From positions 1 to 54,293 of the IMG/VR virus record IMGVR_UViG_3300037042_006698: a DNA stretch of 54,293 nucleotides; one strand, written 5' to 3'. A program made the translations under genes and the position numbers. The notes beneath the pieces were generated by a model that had not been told where the DNA came from, did no database searches, and saw only the letters and a list, made by a program, of their open reading frames with translations. Source of the DNA: a virus. Taxonomy: Duplodnaviria > Caudoviricetes. Below are positions 28,240 to 36,841 of this stretch, piece by piece. Every line of letters begins with the position of its first letter. Position 1 is the first letter of the stretch.

Positions 28240-28539
28240 TTAGGCTACTACGTAATCCGCAGATATGACGTCAGGCGTGACACCTGGTTCCGGGGTAAAA
28301 GACAGCAGGACAGCATTAAAGCCGGTTCCAGGCCCCCCCGTCTCAATTGGCACATAGTCGTCATTCGCTATGAGCCTAACGCCGTTCAAGTAAACTCCTA
28401 CCTGCGAGAACGCGGATGGAAATGTAAAAGTCCGGTTTACGCCGTTGATGGCGCCACTCGGGATAACGCTCAGCCGCTCCGCATGGACCGTTGGAACGAT
28501 CTGAAGCTGGCCAATGAACGGATCAAATTTGACGGCCAT
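28240..28539 (-). CDS. small beta-rich fibre-associated protein
   Basis: PSGAINGVNRTFTF...VYLNGVRL...DDY...TPEPG...ISADY motif typical of phage fibre accessory domains. Confidence 0.7.
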   Translation of the reverse strand: MAVKFDPFIGQLQIVPTVHAERLSVIPSGAINGVNRTFTFPSAFSQVGVYLNGVRLIANDDYVPIETGGPGTGFNAVLLSFTPEPGVTPDVISADYVVA

Positions 28540-28826
28540 TACGACGACCGCGTCACTCCGGTCAACCGACCGGTTCCGTCGTAATTGAGGGTTACCGTGG
28601 CAACTACGGCGCCGGTCGGACCTCCCGCACGATAAGTGACCGTGCCGACATTTTCCGTCTCTCCGACGTAGGTCATCGAGATGTAGTCAAACTGGTAGGG
28701 GATAAGCTGGGCGACGTTTCTTACCAGCCACGCCTGGGAACCGGCTGCCCCCTGATCAACGGTGCCCCCGTCTCCGCCGCCCGACGGAGCCAGCACCCAA
28801 CCTGAGAATGCCTGCTGGTGACTCAT
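28539..28826 (-). CDS. small putative structural protein
   Basis: AAAGGA RBS before ATG 28826; FDYISMTY...VTYRAGG...VATVTLNYD...LTGVTRS. Confidence 0.65.
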   Translation of the reverse strand: MSHQQAFSGWVLAPSGGGDGGTVDQGAAGSQAWLVRNVAQLIPYQFDYISMTYVGETENVGTVTYRAGGPTGAVVATVTLNYDGTGRLTGVTRSS

Positions 28827-28907
28827 CGAAGTGGTCCTTTTATCGTCCAAATCAGCGAGAGGCGCGTCTATTTTATCAGTCTCTTATGAAGATCAAAAGA
28901 GCTTTAG

Positions 28908-29390
28908 TCACGATACATTAAGCTTTTTCGATGCCAGCAAAAAGACAAGCATTGCAGCAGCCGCCGCGCCTAGCAGAAGAGAGCCGTCTGGGTTCTTGCG
29001 GAACTTTTTTACCTTGGAAGCAATCCTGGATGGCTGCCTACTGAATTGTTTGCCCTTCAGGAGGCTTTGCCGTTTTGTACGAGTTGTCGCTCGGTACTCG
29101 GACGCGCTCAGTGCTTGGATAGCCTTCTTTGGAAGGTACCGCTCGCCGGTTTCAAGCGATGGGCGACCGCTCTTGGTCGTCCACTGCTGCTTGGTCCATC
29201 GTACGAGCGAATTGTCACGACGCTTCTGGCCGAGGTAGCGGCCACCCGCCTCTTTGTATTTCTTGACGGCGAGCTGAGCCTTCCTGGCGCTCCATTGACC
29301 GGGGCGGCCTCCAAGATGTCCGGAAATCACATCTCGTTTGATTGACTCCCAAAGCTTCGGGTCAGCTCGGCGGGCGCTCTTTGGTCGCAC
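28908..29390 (-). CDS. basic DUF5872-like protein with C-terminal membrane anchor
   Basis: GGRPGQWSARKAQL, YKEAGGRY, SLVRWTKQQW, GERYLPKKA, GKQF; then RKNPDG and LLLGAAAAAMLVFLL. Confidence 0.75.
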   Translation of the reverse strand: MRPKSARRADPKLWESIKRDVISGHLGGRPGQWSARKAQLAVKKYKEAGGRYLGQKRRDNSLVRWTKQQWTTKSGRPSLETGERYLPKKAIQALSASEYRATTRTKRQSLLKGKQFSRQPSRIASKVKKFRKNPDGSLLLGAAAAAMLVFLLASKKLNVS

Positions 29391-29393
29391 GGA

Positions 29394-29840
29394 TCACCTG
29401 GCCGTTGCCAGACGGCCAACCCGAACACGGGGCGAGGACTTTGCCTTTGGTTTGGCTTTGGATCGTGAACCCATCGAAGCCCTTCCGAGGCCTGCAACCG
29501 GAGCAGAAATAGGCTCAATTTTCAACGGAGCCACAGTCGGCACGCCCGCCTGCTTTTCTGTTTTCCAAAGCATGAACGGAATAAGGCCAACCAGCAAACC
29601 CATTGCCGAATAGGCACCAATCTGCTGAAGCGACATGTCTTTTAGAATCGGACCGCGATCTTTTGGCTCCTCGTACATAACAAGGATTGCCTCGCTTAGA
29701 CCCTGGACTGCCGCCAAAGTCGTAGCGGTTTTCGCGTCGATATTCTTGTTGCGGAGTTTGATGATGAGGCCGTTTACAACACCCGTAGCGACGGAAATTG
29801 GAAACGGATGTTCCAGCAGGTATCCGGTATCGATTTTCAT
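29394..29840 (-). CDS. membrane protein with a basic tail
   Basis: Hydrophobic segments, VAGLG, Lys/Arg-rich C-terminus. Confidence 0.7.
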   Translation of the reverse strand: MKIDTGYLLEHPFPISVATGVVNGLIIKLRNKNIDAKTATTLAAVQGLSEAILVMYEEPKDRGPILKDMSLQQIGAYSAMGLLVGLIPFMLWKTEKQAGVPTVAPLKIEPISAPVAGLGRASMGSRSKAKPKAKSSPRVRVGRLATAR

Positions 29841-29846
29841 TTTGGT

Positions 29847-30470
29847 TCAACCGACGATGCCGTCTTTTTCGATGTCGAGTTCTTCGCCGATGATGATGAA
29901 GTAGACGCCATCTTCTGGCGTGTAGACGAAGAGAAAAGGCGTCAATTGGCCATCCACCTTCATCTTGCTGGCTCCGAGCATTCCGTGCTTTACACTGAGC
30001 GTGATAACGCCGTCGTCCTTGTGATCTCCGAACTCCGGCTCGTCGTCATTCCCTTCGATATGAAGGACGACGTTTGCTTCCTTGAAGATTCCGAGAACCG
30101 CGAAGCTCTCGGGCATGAGGAGGCGACCGCCTGCCGACGATTTTGCGAGAGAGACGTAAGGGCCGATGGTTTTCAGCGTTCGCCCAAGGTCGCCCTCCGC
30201 ACGAATGACGCCGGGAACAGCGAAGATGCGGTTCCGGCTCTCGGCGATGTGCTTGTAGACCTCGATTTCTCGCTTGCCGCTCTTGCCCTTCGGCTTCCAC
30301 TTGTCCGAAGCGTATGCGACGCCCAGCGAATCGCCGACCTGCTGGACCATGTCGGGCCAGTCAAACTCGAACTCCTCTTCGTATTCGACCGGACGATCCT
30401 TGAACGTCGTCGAGATGTTGCGAGCAATCTCGGCAGCTTCGAACACACGCACGCGGCTTCGAGACGACAT
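29847..30470 (-). CDS. hypothetical protein
   Basis: 207-aa ORF packed within the operon; codon usage as in neighbouring genes. Confidence 0.75.
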   Translation of the reverse strand: MSSRSRVRVFEAAEIARNISTTFKDRPVEYEEEFEFDWPDMVQQVGDSLGVAYASDKWKPKGKSGKREIEVYKHIAESRNRIFAVPGVIRAEGDLGRTLKTIGPYVSLAKSSAGGRLLMPESFAVLGIFKEANVVLHIEGNDDEPEFGDHKDDGVITLSVKHGMLGASKMKVDGQLTPFLFVYTPEDGVYFIIIGEELDIEKDGIVG

Positions 30471-30473
30471 GAT

Positions 30474-30722
30474 TCAACGCTTTAAAAAGAGGATGAGCGC
30501 CACACCGGCGGCCAGGCCGATCCCGCCAACGATTACAATACGTCGGTCGATGCCAAGAATTTTGTCACTATCGGATCCATTGGTAGGCTCTAAACCAAAT
30601 GCCGACGTGACCGACCGCTCGTAGGGAGCCGTCGGCGGTGTAACGAAAGGGCCCTCCTGGCTCTGCCAAGCAACGCCATCAGTACCGGCAACTGCCTGCA
30701 TGTATGCGACGTTCATATTCAT
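30474..30722 (-). CDS. small tail-anchored membrane protein
   Basis: YMQAVAG near the N-terminus; IVIVGGIGLAAGVALILFL-KR. Confidence 0.7.
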   Translation of the reverse strand: MNMNVAYMQAVAGTDGVAWQSQEGPFVTPPTAPYERSVTSAFGLEPTNGSDSDKILGIDRRIVIVGGIGLAAGVALILFLKR

Positions 30723-30725
30723 TCC

Positions 30726-31175
30726 TCAAGCCTCCGCGAGCGATTGACCACGGTTCTTCATCAACGCGATAACCACTAGAAAAGCAGACGTTCCAAGGAC
30801 CATGGGAACTAGCCAATTCGTTTTTTCACTGCTTTTGGCAGTAAGCTGGTCAATGCGTGCCGCCGCATAATCTCGGAATCCTCTGTTCTTCTCGTTCTCA
30901 GTCGTGCCTTCAATGTATAGGCGGAACCATCGAACAGCAGATTTTGAGTCTCCAAGGCTGTCAAAGTTGTCGCCGAGTTTGATCGCAACGTTTGGCGCGG
31001 GACAAATATCGTATGCCTTCAAATAGATGGCAATCGCTTCATGCCTCTTGCCAGCATCCTGAAGAGCTAACGCTTGATAAAAAAGGTCCGAGACTCTCTT
31101 CTTGTCGGACTCGGAACACTTTGAGATGTCGTAAGCCGACAACCCGGCAACAGCTTGAGCGTAAAACGGCTGCAT
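30726..31175 (-). CDS. TPR-like protein with C-terminal membrane anchor
   Basis: LFYQALALQDAGKRHEAIAIYLKAY...KLG...SAVRWFRLY; WLVPMVLGTSAFLVVIALM-KNR. Confidence 0.75.
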   Translation of the reverse strand: MQPFYAQAVAGLSAYDISKCSESDKKRVSDLFYQALALQDAGKRHEAIAIYLKAYDICPAPNVAIKLGDNFDSLGDSKSAVRWFRLYIEGTTENEKNRGFRDYAAARIDQLTAKSSEKTNWLVPMVLGTSAFLVVIALMKNRGQSLAEA

Positions 31176-31190
31176 GAATGTATCTCTCTG

Positions 31191-31580
31191 TTACCTAGAA
31201 AGGACCATTGTGGCCCCTACAGTTCCAAGAATGGCTCCGGTAAACTTCTGGTCGCTCCACCAAAGCAGCGCGGCTGTGCCAGCAACAGCAAGACCAATCA
31301 TCACCCTCTGAGAGTCTAGCGGGATGTCTCCAAGGCCAGAAACCTCTGACGAGGGTTTTTGCTTGCAAGCAACTACCATCCCACGCGCCTGCAAACCGTT
31401 TCCAATCTCGCGAGCAGCGGAAGGTAGCGGTCGGCCCGCCTCCATGGAAGGTACGCCAAGTTTCGTTGCTCTCGAACTCAGATAGTTCGGCACCGGAAGA
31501 TCGCCATTGACCGGTATCTGACGATTGTCCTCAAAATAACGGTAAAGCCCGCTAGGCTGGTCAAAACATGAGTAAATCAT
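31191..31580 (-). CDS. membrane-anchored hypothetical protein
   Basis: GGAGA RBS before ATG 31580 (MIYSCFD); VSGLGD followed by two hydrophobic segments. Confidence 0.7.
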   Translation of the reverse strand: MIYSCFDQPSGLYRYFEDNRQIPVNGDLPVPNYLSSRATKLGVPSMEAGRPLPSAAREIGNGLQARGMVVACKQKPSSEVSGLGDIPLDSQRVMIGLAVAGTAALLWWSDQKFTGAILGTVGATMVLSR

Positions 31581-31581
31581 G

Positions 31582-32508
31582 TCAATTCTCCGATTCCTTT
31601 GACGTTGCCTTCTTGATTGCGGGGATGCCGTAAACGACTCCCACGTACGCAATGAGAGCCAGGCCAGCGTACTTGACGAGACCCGTCGAAGCTTCAGTCA
31701 CGATATCGGTGCCTGGTCCTTTTTGAGCTAACTCGGCAAGAACTTTGTTGCACTCCGCAGGGTCTTGCTTGCAGAGCCTTTCAAGGACGGCGTTGTACTG
31801 TTCAGTCTTCTTGTCCTGAAGCTGAAGGATAACAAACGCCGATATCGCAGCAACAGCGACGGCAACAGCCCCATAGACGACAGCTACCGGTAGAACCCCT
31901 AGACCAGATGCACCACTTGAGCTGCTATCTGGCCAGTTTTTACAGAGAAAATTCTGCGTTCCGTCTGCTTCCGTGGACCACCGGCAGTCGTATTCCCCTA
32001 AAATTGCACCAAGGCTTCCGTCCCGATCCATCTTGACGATAGAAGCGAACGTCAGAAGTCGTGCTTCCGAATCAATGTCCGCATCCACCAGAGTGTAATC
32101 GTAACTTCTGCCCGCATACCTGGAAACGACCTTGCCAGCCCACGCAGGGACACCTTTAGCAGCTTGTCCGTAGCTTCCGATGATGAACGCCTTGGCAACG
32201 CTTTGGCTTAGTCCTAGCTTTACTTCGTCCGCGACACGAGAAACGCCTTTAGACGTGAGACCAACAAGCTCGGAGCCATGTTGGTTTTCCCACGATGAAA
32301 TGATCGCGGCCGCATCTTTGTAGGCCTTCGGACTGTAAGCAAGGTTTGACGTGTACTTACTGATTGCCCGTCGCGCTGCCAAAAGACCAGACAAAATCTG
32401 CTCCCCGCGCGTGCCTCCAGGGAAGCTTTGCGCGATGGAACGGATCCCCGTGTTTTCAATGAGAGACACCTGCGAAGAGTCGGGCAATCCTGAAAGGCTC
32501 AATAGCAT
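31582..32508 (-). CDS. membrane protein
   Basis: ASGLG immediately before TM1; second TM near the C-terminus followed by KK. Confidence 0.75.
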   Translation of the reverse strand: MLLSLSGLPDSSQVSLIENTGIRSIAQSFPGGTRGEQILSGLLAARRAISKYTSNLAYSPKAYKDAAAIISSWENQHGSELVGLTSKGVSRVADEVKLGLSQSVAKAFIIGSYGQAAKGVPAWAGKVVSRYAGRSYDYTLVDADIDSEARLLTFASIVKMDRDGSLGAILGEYDCRWSTEADGTQNFLCKNWPDSSSSGASGLGVLPVAVVYGAVAVAVAAISAFVILQLQDKKTEQYNAVLERLCKQDPAECNKVLAELAQKGPGTDIVTEASTGLVKYAGLALIAYVGVVYGIPAIKKATSKESEN

Positions 32509-32522
32509 GTCGTCACCTTGCT

Positions 32523-32759
32523 TCAGCGGTACGGATGATGAACGAGGTCGCCGCCAGAAGACATCCCAAAGCGATCGAAAGGCTTTTCGCTCATGCCTCT
32601 TTTAGCGATGAACATCGTCATCGGTTCGGCGGTTTTCGCTTCGGCTGCGATAACCTCAAGGGCTTGCCGATAGTCCTCGCAAAACACGCCTACCTGACTG
32701 CCGTCTGGATAGACAACGGTCAGAATGAAGGTCTGGGGCGTGCTCGCTTTCGGCGACAT
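32523..32759 (-). CDS. small hypothetical protein
   Basis: 78-aa ORF in the operon. Confidence 0.55.
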   Translation of the reverse strand: MSPKASTPQTFILTVVYPDGSQVGVFCEDYRQALEVIAAEAKTAEPMTMFIAKRGMSEKPFDRFGMSSGGDLVHHPYR

Positions 32760-32761
32760 TG

Positions 32762-33112
32762 CTAGAACTTGATCTTAGGGGAAAAGATCACAAAGCCGAG
32801 AAGGACAACTGCTCCCGCTCCAAGAACAAGCATCGGAACGGACACACCGAGAATTTTCGAGCCGCCATCATCCCCGTTGAACGGCACTTCCGCGTAAGGT
32901 CGTGTCGAGTAGCGGTACCCAGGCTGCGGGTAATTAAACACGGGGCCGTGATAGCGCGTCGGGTAGGGGTGCTGATGCGGAATCATCGGATTCGGCACGC
33001 CGCCGTACGTGTTGCCGTAGATGCTGTCCCGTTCGGGACGCGGCGCCATCGGGCGAGGCATGTTCGGCACGACGAAATTGGTAAGCTGAATGGCGTCTCG
33101 ATCGAAAGGCAT
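32762..33112 (-). CDS. Pro/Tyr-rich tail-anchored protein
   Basis: Start reassigned to ATG 33112 (MPFDRD); C-terminal VPMLVLGAGAVVLLGFVIF-SPKIKF. Confidence 0.7.
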   Translation of the reverse strand: MPFDRDAIQLTNFVVPNMPRPMAPRPERDSIYGNTYGGVPNPMIPHQHPYPTRYHGPVFNYPQPGYRYSTRPYAEVPFNGDDGGSKILGVSVPMLVLGAGAVVLLGFVIFSPKIKF

Positions 33113-33113
33113 A

Positions 33114-34322
33114 TCAACCACCCTTTTTGGGCCAGAGCATCCGGATGGCAACACCTGCGGCGACACCAGCGATGCCGAGAGCAACGTACGTTCCGATGTT
33201 GCTTTCACCCGAATCAGTACCCAAGCCGCTCGCTGCAATAAAACGCTGCGGGCGATTGTAGGCGCTTCCGGAAGATGAAGCATACCGTCGCGTCACCTGC
33301 GGCGACTGACGCGGCCCTGCTGCCATTGAAAGGGGAGCGCGCGAGGGCATAAATTGAACGCCCTCGGGATGCTTTGCAATTGGGAGGTTCGCTCCGGCGG
33401 GCCTCGGCATACCCATGGAGTACGCCTGAAGATCGAGAGACGGCGCTGCCGAAACCATGGGGTCGCCCATGTAAGGGAATGCTGGCATGCTGACCGAGTA
33501 ATCTTCGGTAGCAGCAGCGACCAGCATCGAAGGCGGGGTCACCTGGGGAGTCTGAGGAACCTTCGTCTCCGACGGCTTCATCGGCGCGATCTGGGTGCTC
33601 GGCCAGCCTGGAACCTCGCTCGTTTCAAACATTGGATCGCGAGCGGGGCGACCTGGGATGCCCGTCATGTTCGAACGACGAGCGCCGAGCTTCGGATCCT
33701 CGCAGAACGGGATCAGGGAGCCTCCACGGCTCGTCGGCTTGGGTTCCAGGTTAAAAGACTCGGCAGGAGCAAACGTGCTGTCCGGGTCCCAGCCCTTACC
33801 ACCGACACCAGGCTTTGCGTACGGCTCGTAACGGGTCGTCGGATCGAGGTAGGGCAGTGCGTCACCGTGCTCAACGTAATTGAGACCACCGGACGGAATG
33901 CCGACAACCTCGGCACCGGAAGTGATGTCGGTGATTTCTCGATTGACCGTGAACGGAACCTCGCGAGCGTGGTTTCCAGGAATTGAGTAGTGCGCCGCGA
34001 AGACACCGAGATCGGGATTCACTGTGGCGGGACGACGGAACGGGTCGAATACCCCGCTACCGAAAACATCATCCTGCTGCTCCATGTCGCTCACGTCTGC
34101 GTGATCGGAAATCTGATCTTCGTCGTGCATCGTCGGCATCTTTGTCTCTCCAAAGCCGCTCAAAAACCGCCCGTGCTCAGAGGCAAGGCGACGCGACTCA
34201 ACCGGGTTGAGCTGTCCAAGCAGCGGAAGGTTCCGGCTGATTGGGTCCCTATTCACGACCTCGCCCGTATAAGGCTGGTGCGAGGGCGCAAGAAGCAAGT
34301 CGAGTTCTTCGTCGCCAATCAT
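33114..34322 (-). CDS. Pro-rich, largely disordered tail-anchored protein
   Basis: AAGGAG RBS; LSGFGE, ASGLGTD; YVALGIAGVAAGVAI-KKGG. Confidence 0.8.
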   Translation of the reverse strand: MIGDEELDLLLAPSHQPYTGEVVNRDPISRNLPLLGQLNPVESRRLASEHGRFLSGFGETKMPTMHDEDQISDHADVSDMEQQDDVFGSGVFDPFRRPATVNPDLGVFAAHYSIPGNHAREVPFTVNREITDITSGAEVVGIPSGGLNYVEHGDALPYLDPTTRYEPYAKPGVGGKGWDPDSTFAPAESFNLEPKPTSRGGSLIPFCEDPKLGARRSNMTGIPGRPARDPMFETSEVPGWPSTQIAPMKPSETKVPQTPQVTPPSMLVAAATEDYSVSMPAFPYMGDPMVSAAPSLDLQAYSMGMPRPAGANLPIAKHPEGVQFMPSRAPLSMAAGPRQSPQVTRRYASSSGSAYNRPQRFIAASGLGTDSGESNIGTYVALGIAGVAAGVAIRMLWPKKGG

Positions 34323-34343
34323 AATCGCTCCTTGATGCTCAGA

Positions 34344-35111
34344 TCAGCGGTTTCGCTTCCAGTCACCGCAGCCGCAGCCGCCAAGTCCGTCGGGACCTGC
34401 GCCTACGCCGTTAACGGGTCCGAGGGTGGGCATGATGCTTTCGCGCGGAAAATTGTCGCGAACAACGGGACCGCCAAACACGCTCTTGCCCATCATACGG
34501 GGCCGAGCAAACGACACTGCAACCGGGATAGGCTGCGAAGGCATCACGCCCGCGACGCGAACCGGCTGAGAAAATGTCACCTGAACGGGCTGCGCCGAAC
34601 TTGCGGCATCGCCGAAACCATTGACCGGTCCGGGAGTCGGCATAAGGCTGCGCTGACCAATGTTTCGAAGGCCGAGCTGGTTGTCGGGAAGAGTTCGAAT
34701 GTCCCTTCCGCTACCGATGACCCGTGGCTCTTTCTCTTGGAAATAACCGCCGCCAGCGGAATAGCCAACATCCACAGTGCTTCCGTCTAGGATGCCGCCC
34801 TTAGGAGTGTATCCAGCGCGAGCAACACGCCCCGCAGGCTGACCGAGCATTGGCAAACGGTTGACCATCACGGCACGCGGATCCATTGGCTGCGGTGAGG
34901 ATGAGATCTTTCGCGCCTGAACGGAGCTTTGAAAATCCCCCATTCCGACCTTTGAGAAACCGATGTCCTCGTACTTCGGAGACGTCCCCATCACTGAGCG
35001 AGGACCGGGCGGCCAAGGTCGAGCCGGGACCGACGGGAAAATCCCAATGTCGCGCGTCCCCGCGTCAGTTGCCTCGGCACCGAAAATTCCACCACGCGAT
35101 TGATTGCTCAT
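34344..35111 (-). CDS. Gly/Pro-rich protein with repeated G-hydrophobic-G motifs
   Basis: GGAG RBS before ATG 35111; VGMGD, NGFGD, NGVGA, DGLGG; internal repeat S(L/I)MPT(P/L)GPVNG(F/V)G. Confidence 0.75.
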   Translation of the reverse strand: MSNQSRGGIFGAEATDAGTRDIGIFPSVPARPWPPGPRSVMGTSPKYEDIGFSKVGMGDFQSSVQARKISSSPQPMDPRAVMVNRLPMLGQPAGRVARAGYTPKGGILDGSTVDVGYSAGGGYFQEKEPRVIGSGRDIRTLPDNQLGLRNIGQRSLMPTPGPVNGFGDAASSAQPVQVTFSQPVRVAGVMPSQPIPVAVSFARPRMMGKSVFGGPVVRDNFPRESIMPTLGPVNGVGAGPDGLGGCGCGDWKRNR

Positions 35112-35152
35112 TGAATGTCTCCGTCTGTTCTTTAGAATCTGACGCCGCGTCA

Positions 35153-35332
35153 CTATCGTGCGGCAAAAGGCTTAAGCTCGCTTGAGAGTACAAGAACTGT
35201 CGCCGCAAGCCCAATACCAAGAAGCCATGGAATTGCCTTTTGCAACGCTCCTGTCGCGACTGGTTCAGCCGGTGGAGGGGCAAGGACGTTAGCCTCGTCA
35301 ACGCCCAATGGTCGCGCGACACGATAGCTCAT
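35153..35332 (-). CDS. 59-aa membrane protein, not in the ORF track
   Basis: MSYRVARPLGVDEANVLAPPPAEPVATGALQKAIPWLLGIGLAATVLVLSSELKPFAAR*; ATGA overlap with 35329..35958. Confidence 0.75.
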   Translation of the reverse strand: MSYRVARPLGVDEANVLAPPPAEPVATGALQKAIPWLLGIGLAATVLVLSSELKPFAAR

Positions 35333-35958
35333 CGTTTGATCGCTCGAACAAAAAGGGCTCCCGCAACAAAGCTGCCTCCGATGAGTGCAAATGTCTTGAA
35401 GTTCACCGGCAGCCCAAAGATACGGTTGCCATTGAGCTTTGATCCAGGACGTGCAGCCTTTTCGAGGTCGGCCGGGATCGAGACAACGAGGTGCGACCCT
35501 CCGGCACGAGCGAGGCTGAAGATTTCTTTTGGATTTTTCGACAAAACAAGACCGAACATTCCTGCGGCGTTCGGCTTTGAATCCATGAGAACGGCAAACC
35601 CGTTTTTGATTTCACTTCCGACATCGACGCTCGTTTTGGCATCGTCGGGACCTAGTTTGACGTCGAATGACGACGCACCACGCGGGAGCTTCGTTCCAGG
35701 TACAGGGGTAAGCTTCCAGGCGTTGGTAAGTGTCTCGGAGATCAGAATCGGCACATATTTGAGAGCGCTACCGCTGCGGCTCTCCGATAAAAACTGGCCC
35801 GACTTAACGCCATCCGCAGTCCACTGAGCCGTCTTCAGAGCCGCCTGAAAAGCCGGATCCTTTTGGCCATCTGGCGTCAATTCAACCTGGGGGACCTGCG
35901 ACGACGAAGCGCCAGCGGGAGCATCAGCACCAAACGATTTTGCAAGACGGTACGACAT
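35329..35958 (-). CDS. tail-anchored hypothetical protein
   Basis: MSYRLAKSFGAD; C-terminal FALIGGSFVAGALFV-RAIKR. Confidence 0.75.
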   Translation of the reverse strand: MSYRLAKSFGADAPAGASSSQVPQVELTPDGQKDPAFQAALKTAQWTADGVKSGQFLSESRSGSALKYVPILISETLTNAWKLTPVPGTKLPRGASSFDVKLGPDDAKTSVDVGSEIKNGFAVLMDSKPNAAGMFGLVLSKNPKEIFSLARAGGSHLVVSIPADLEKAARPGSKLNGNRIFGLPVNFKTFALIGGSFVAGALFVRAIKR

Positions 35959-35970
35959 GATGTTTTTCCT

Positions 35971-36558
35971 TCAATCTAGATCCCAAGTGAGGATTTCCTG
36001 CGCGCGCTCAGCGGCCTCTCGCTCCCGAGGACCCGCCACGGAATCCATCCAAATCCACTCGTTTGTCTTCGGCTCTTGAACACGGCAGGCGACGTGCGTC
36101 AGCGTATTGGGGGCGAAACCAAGCGCAACAAACTGCGGACGGCGACCTAGCTGCATTGCCATCGTCGCACACATGAGCGCCTGCTCGTCGCAGTCCACCG
36201 CCGTCGTCCCGAAGTTCATGATCTCCTCAACCATGCGCTGCGGATCCTTGACCAGTTCAACGTGCCTTGGGTCGTTGATGTAGCGGAAAATAGGCGTGCC
36301 AGGACGAACGGGGCTCGGCTGAACGAGGATGTTCCGAAGCGCGATGATTTCGCCCAAATAATCCTTCGGACAAACGTCGCGAACCACCCACTCGGTAAAC
36401 CGACGAACGAGGATGCTTCTCTCGCCTCGATCGCCGAGAGCGAGGTTCGCCATCAGGGCAAGCGTGTCCTTTGCGCCTCGAAAAGGTCGAGTCGTCACAG
36501 GAGGAGCGGCACCGAGAAAACTGTAGGTATGGGGCGGCATAAGCGCGCACGAGTCCAT
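35971..36558 (-). CDS. transglutaminase-like cysteine protease
   Basis: Cys-His-Asp triad: VDCDEQA, THVACRV, WIWMD; FRYINDP...ELVKDP. Confidence 0.85.
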   Translation of the reverse strand: MDSCALMPPHTYSFLGAAPPVTTRPFRGAKDTLALMANLALGDRGERSILVRRFTEWVVRDVCPKDYLGEIIALRNILVQPSPVRPGTPIFRYINDPRHVELVKDPQRMVEEIMNFGTTAVDCDEQALMCATMAMQLGRRPQFVALGFAPNTLTHVACRVQEPKTNEWIWMDSVAGPREREAAERAQEILTWDLD

Positions 36559-36634
36559 TCAACCCCGCGCCAGCCGCACGTTCCCTCAGGGTCCGCCAAG
36601 GAGCCTAACCCAGGGGACCCTGAGAGTCCAGGTC

Positions 36635-36841
36635 TTAAACGCGGGCCACCGGCGCTCGACGATTTCCATCGCCGAGCGCGTTTCCATTAGGCATGTCGTA
36701 GATACGAAAAGATGGCGTAATGCGGTCCGCTGCGTACAGCGGACCTAGTCCCATCATGGCCCGAATTGCATCGACCATCGATCGACCAAAGTCCTGATCG
36801 TCGGTAGTAGGGCCAGTCCGCTTACGTTTTGCAACCGTCAC
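36635..36841 (-). CDS. small hypothetical protein
   Basis: GTGA overlap with the upstream gene; DAIRAMMGLGPLY. Confidence 0.55.
   Translation of the reverse strand: MTVAKRKRTGPTTDDQDFGRSMVDAIRAMMGLGPLYAADRITPSFRIYDMPNGNALGDGNRRAPVARV

Noticed and set aside
36585-36624. Hairpin CTCAGGGTCC...GGACCCTGAG upstream of the transglutaminase-like gene
   Set aside because: The stem is real, but there is no U-tract or recognisable RNA family, so no function can be supported
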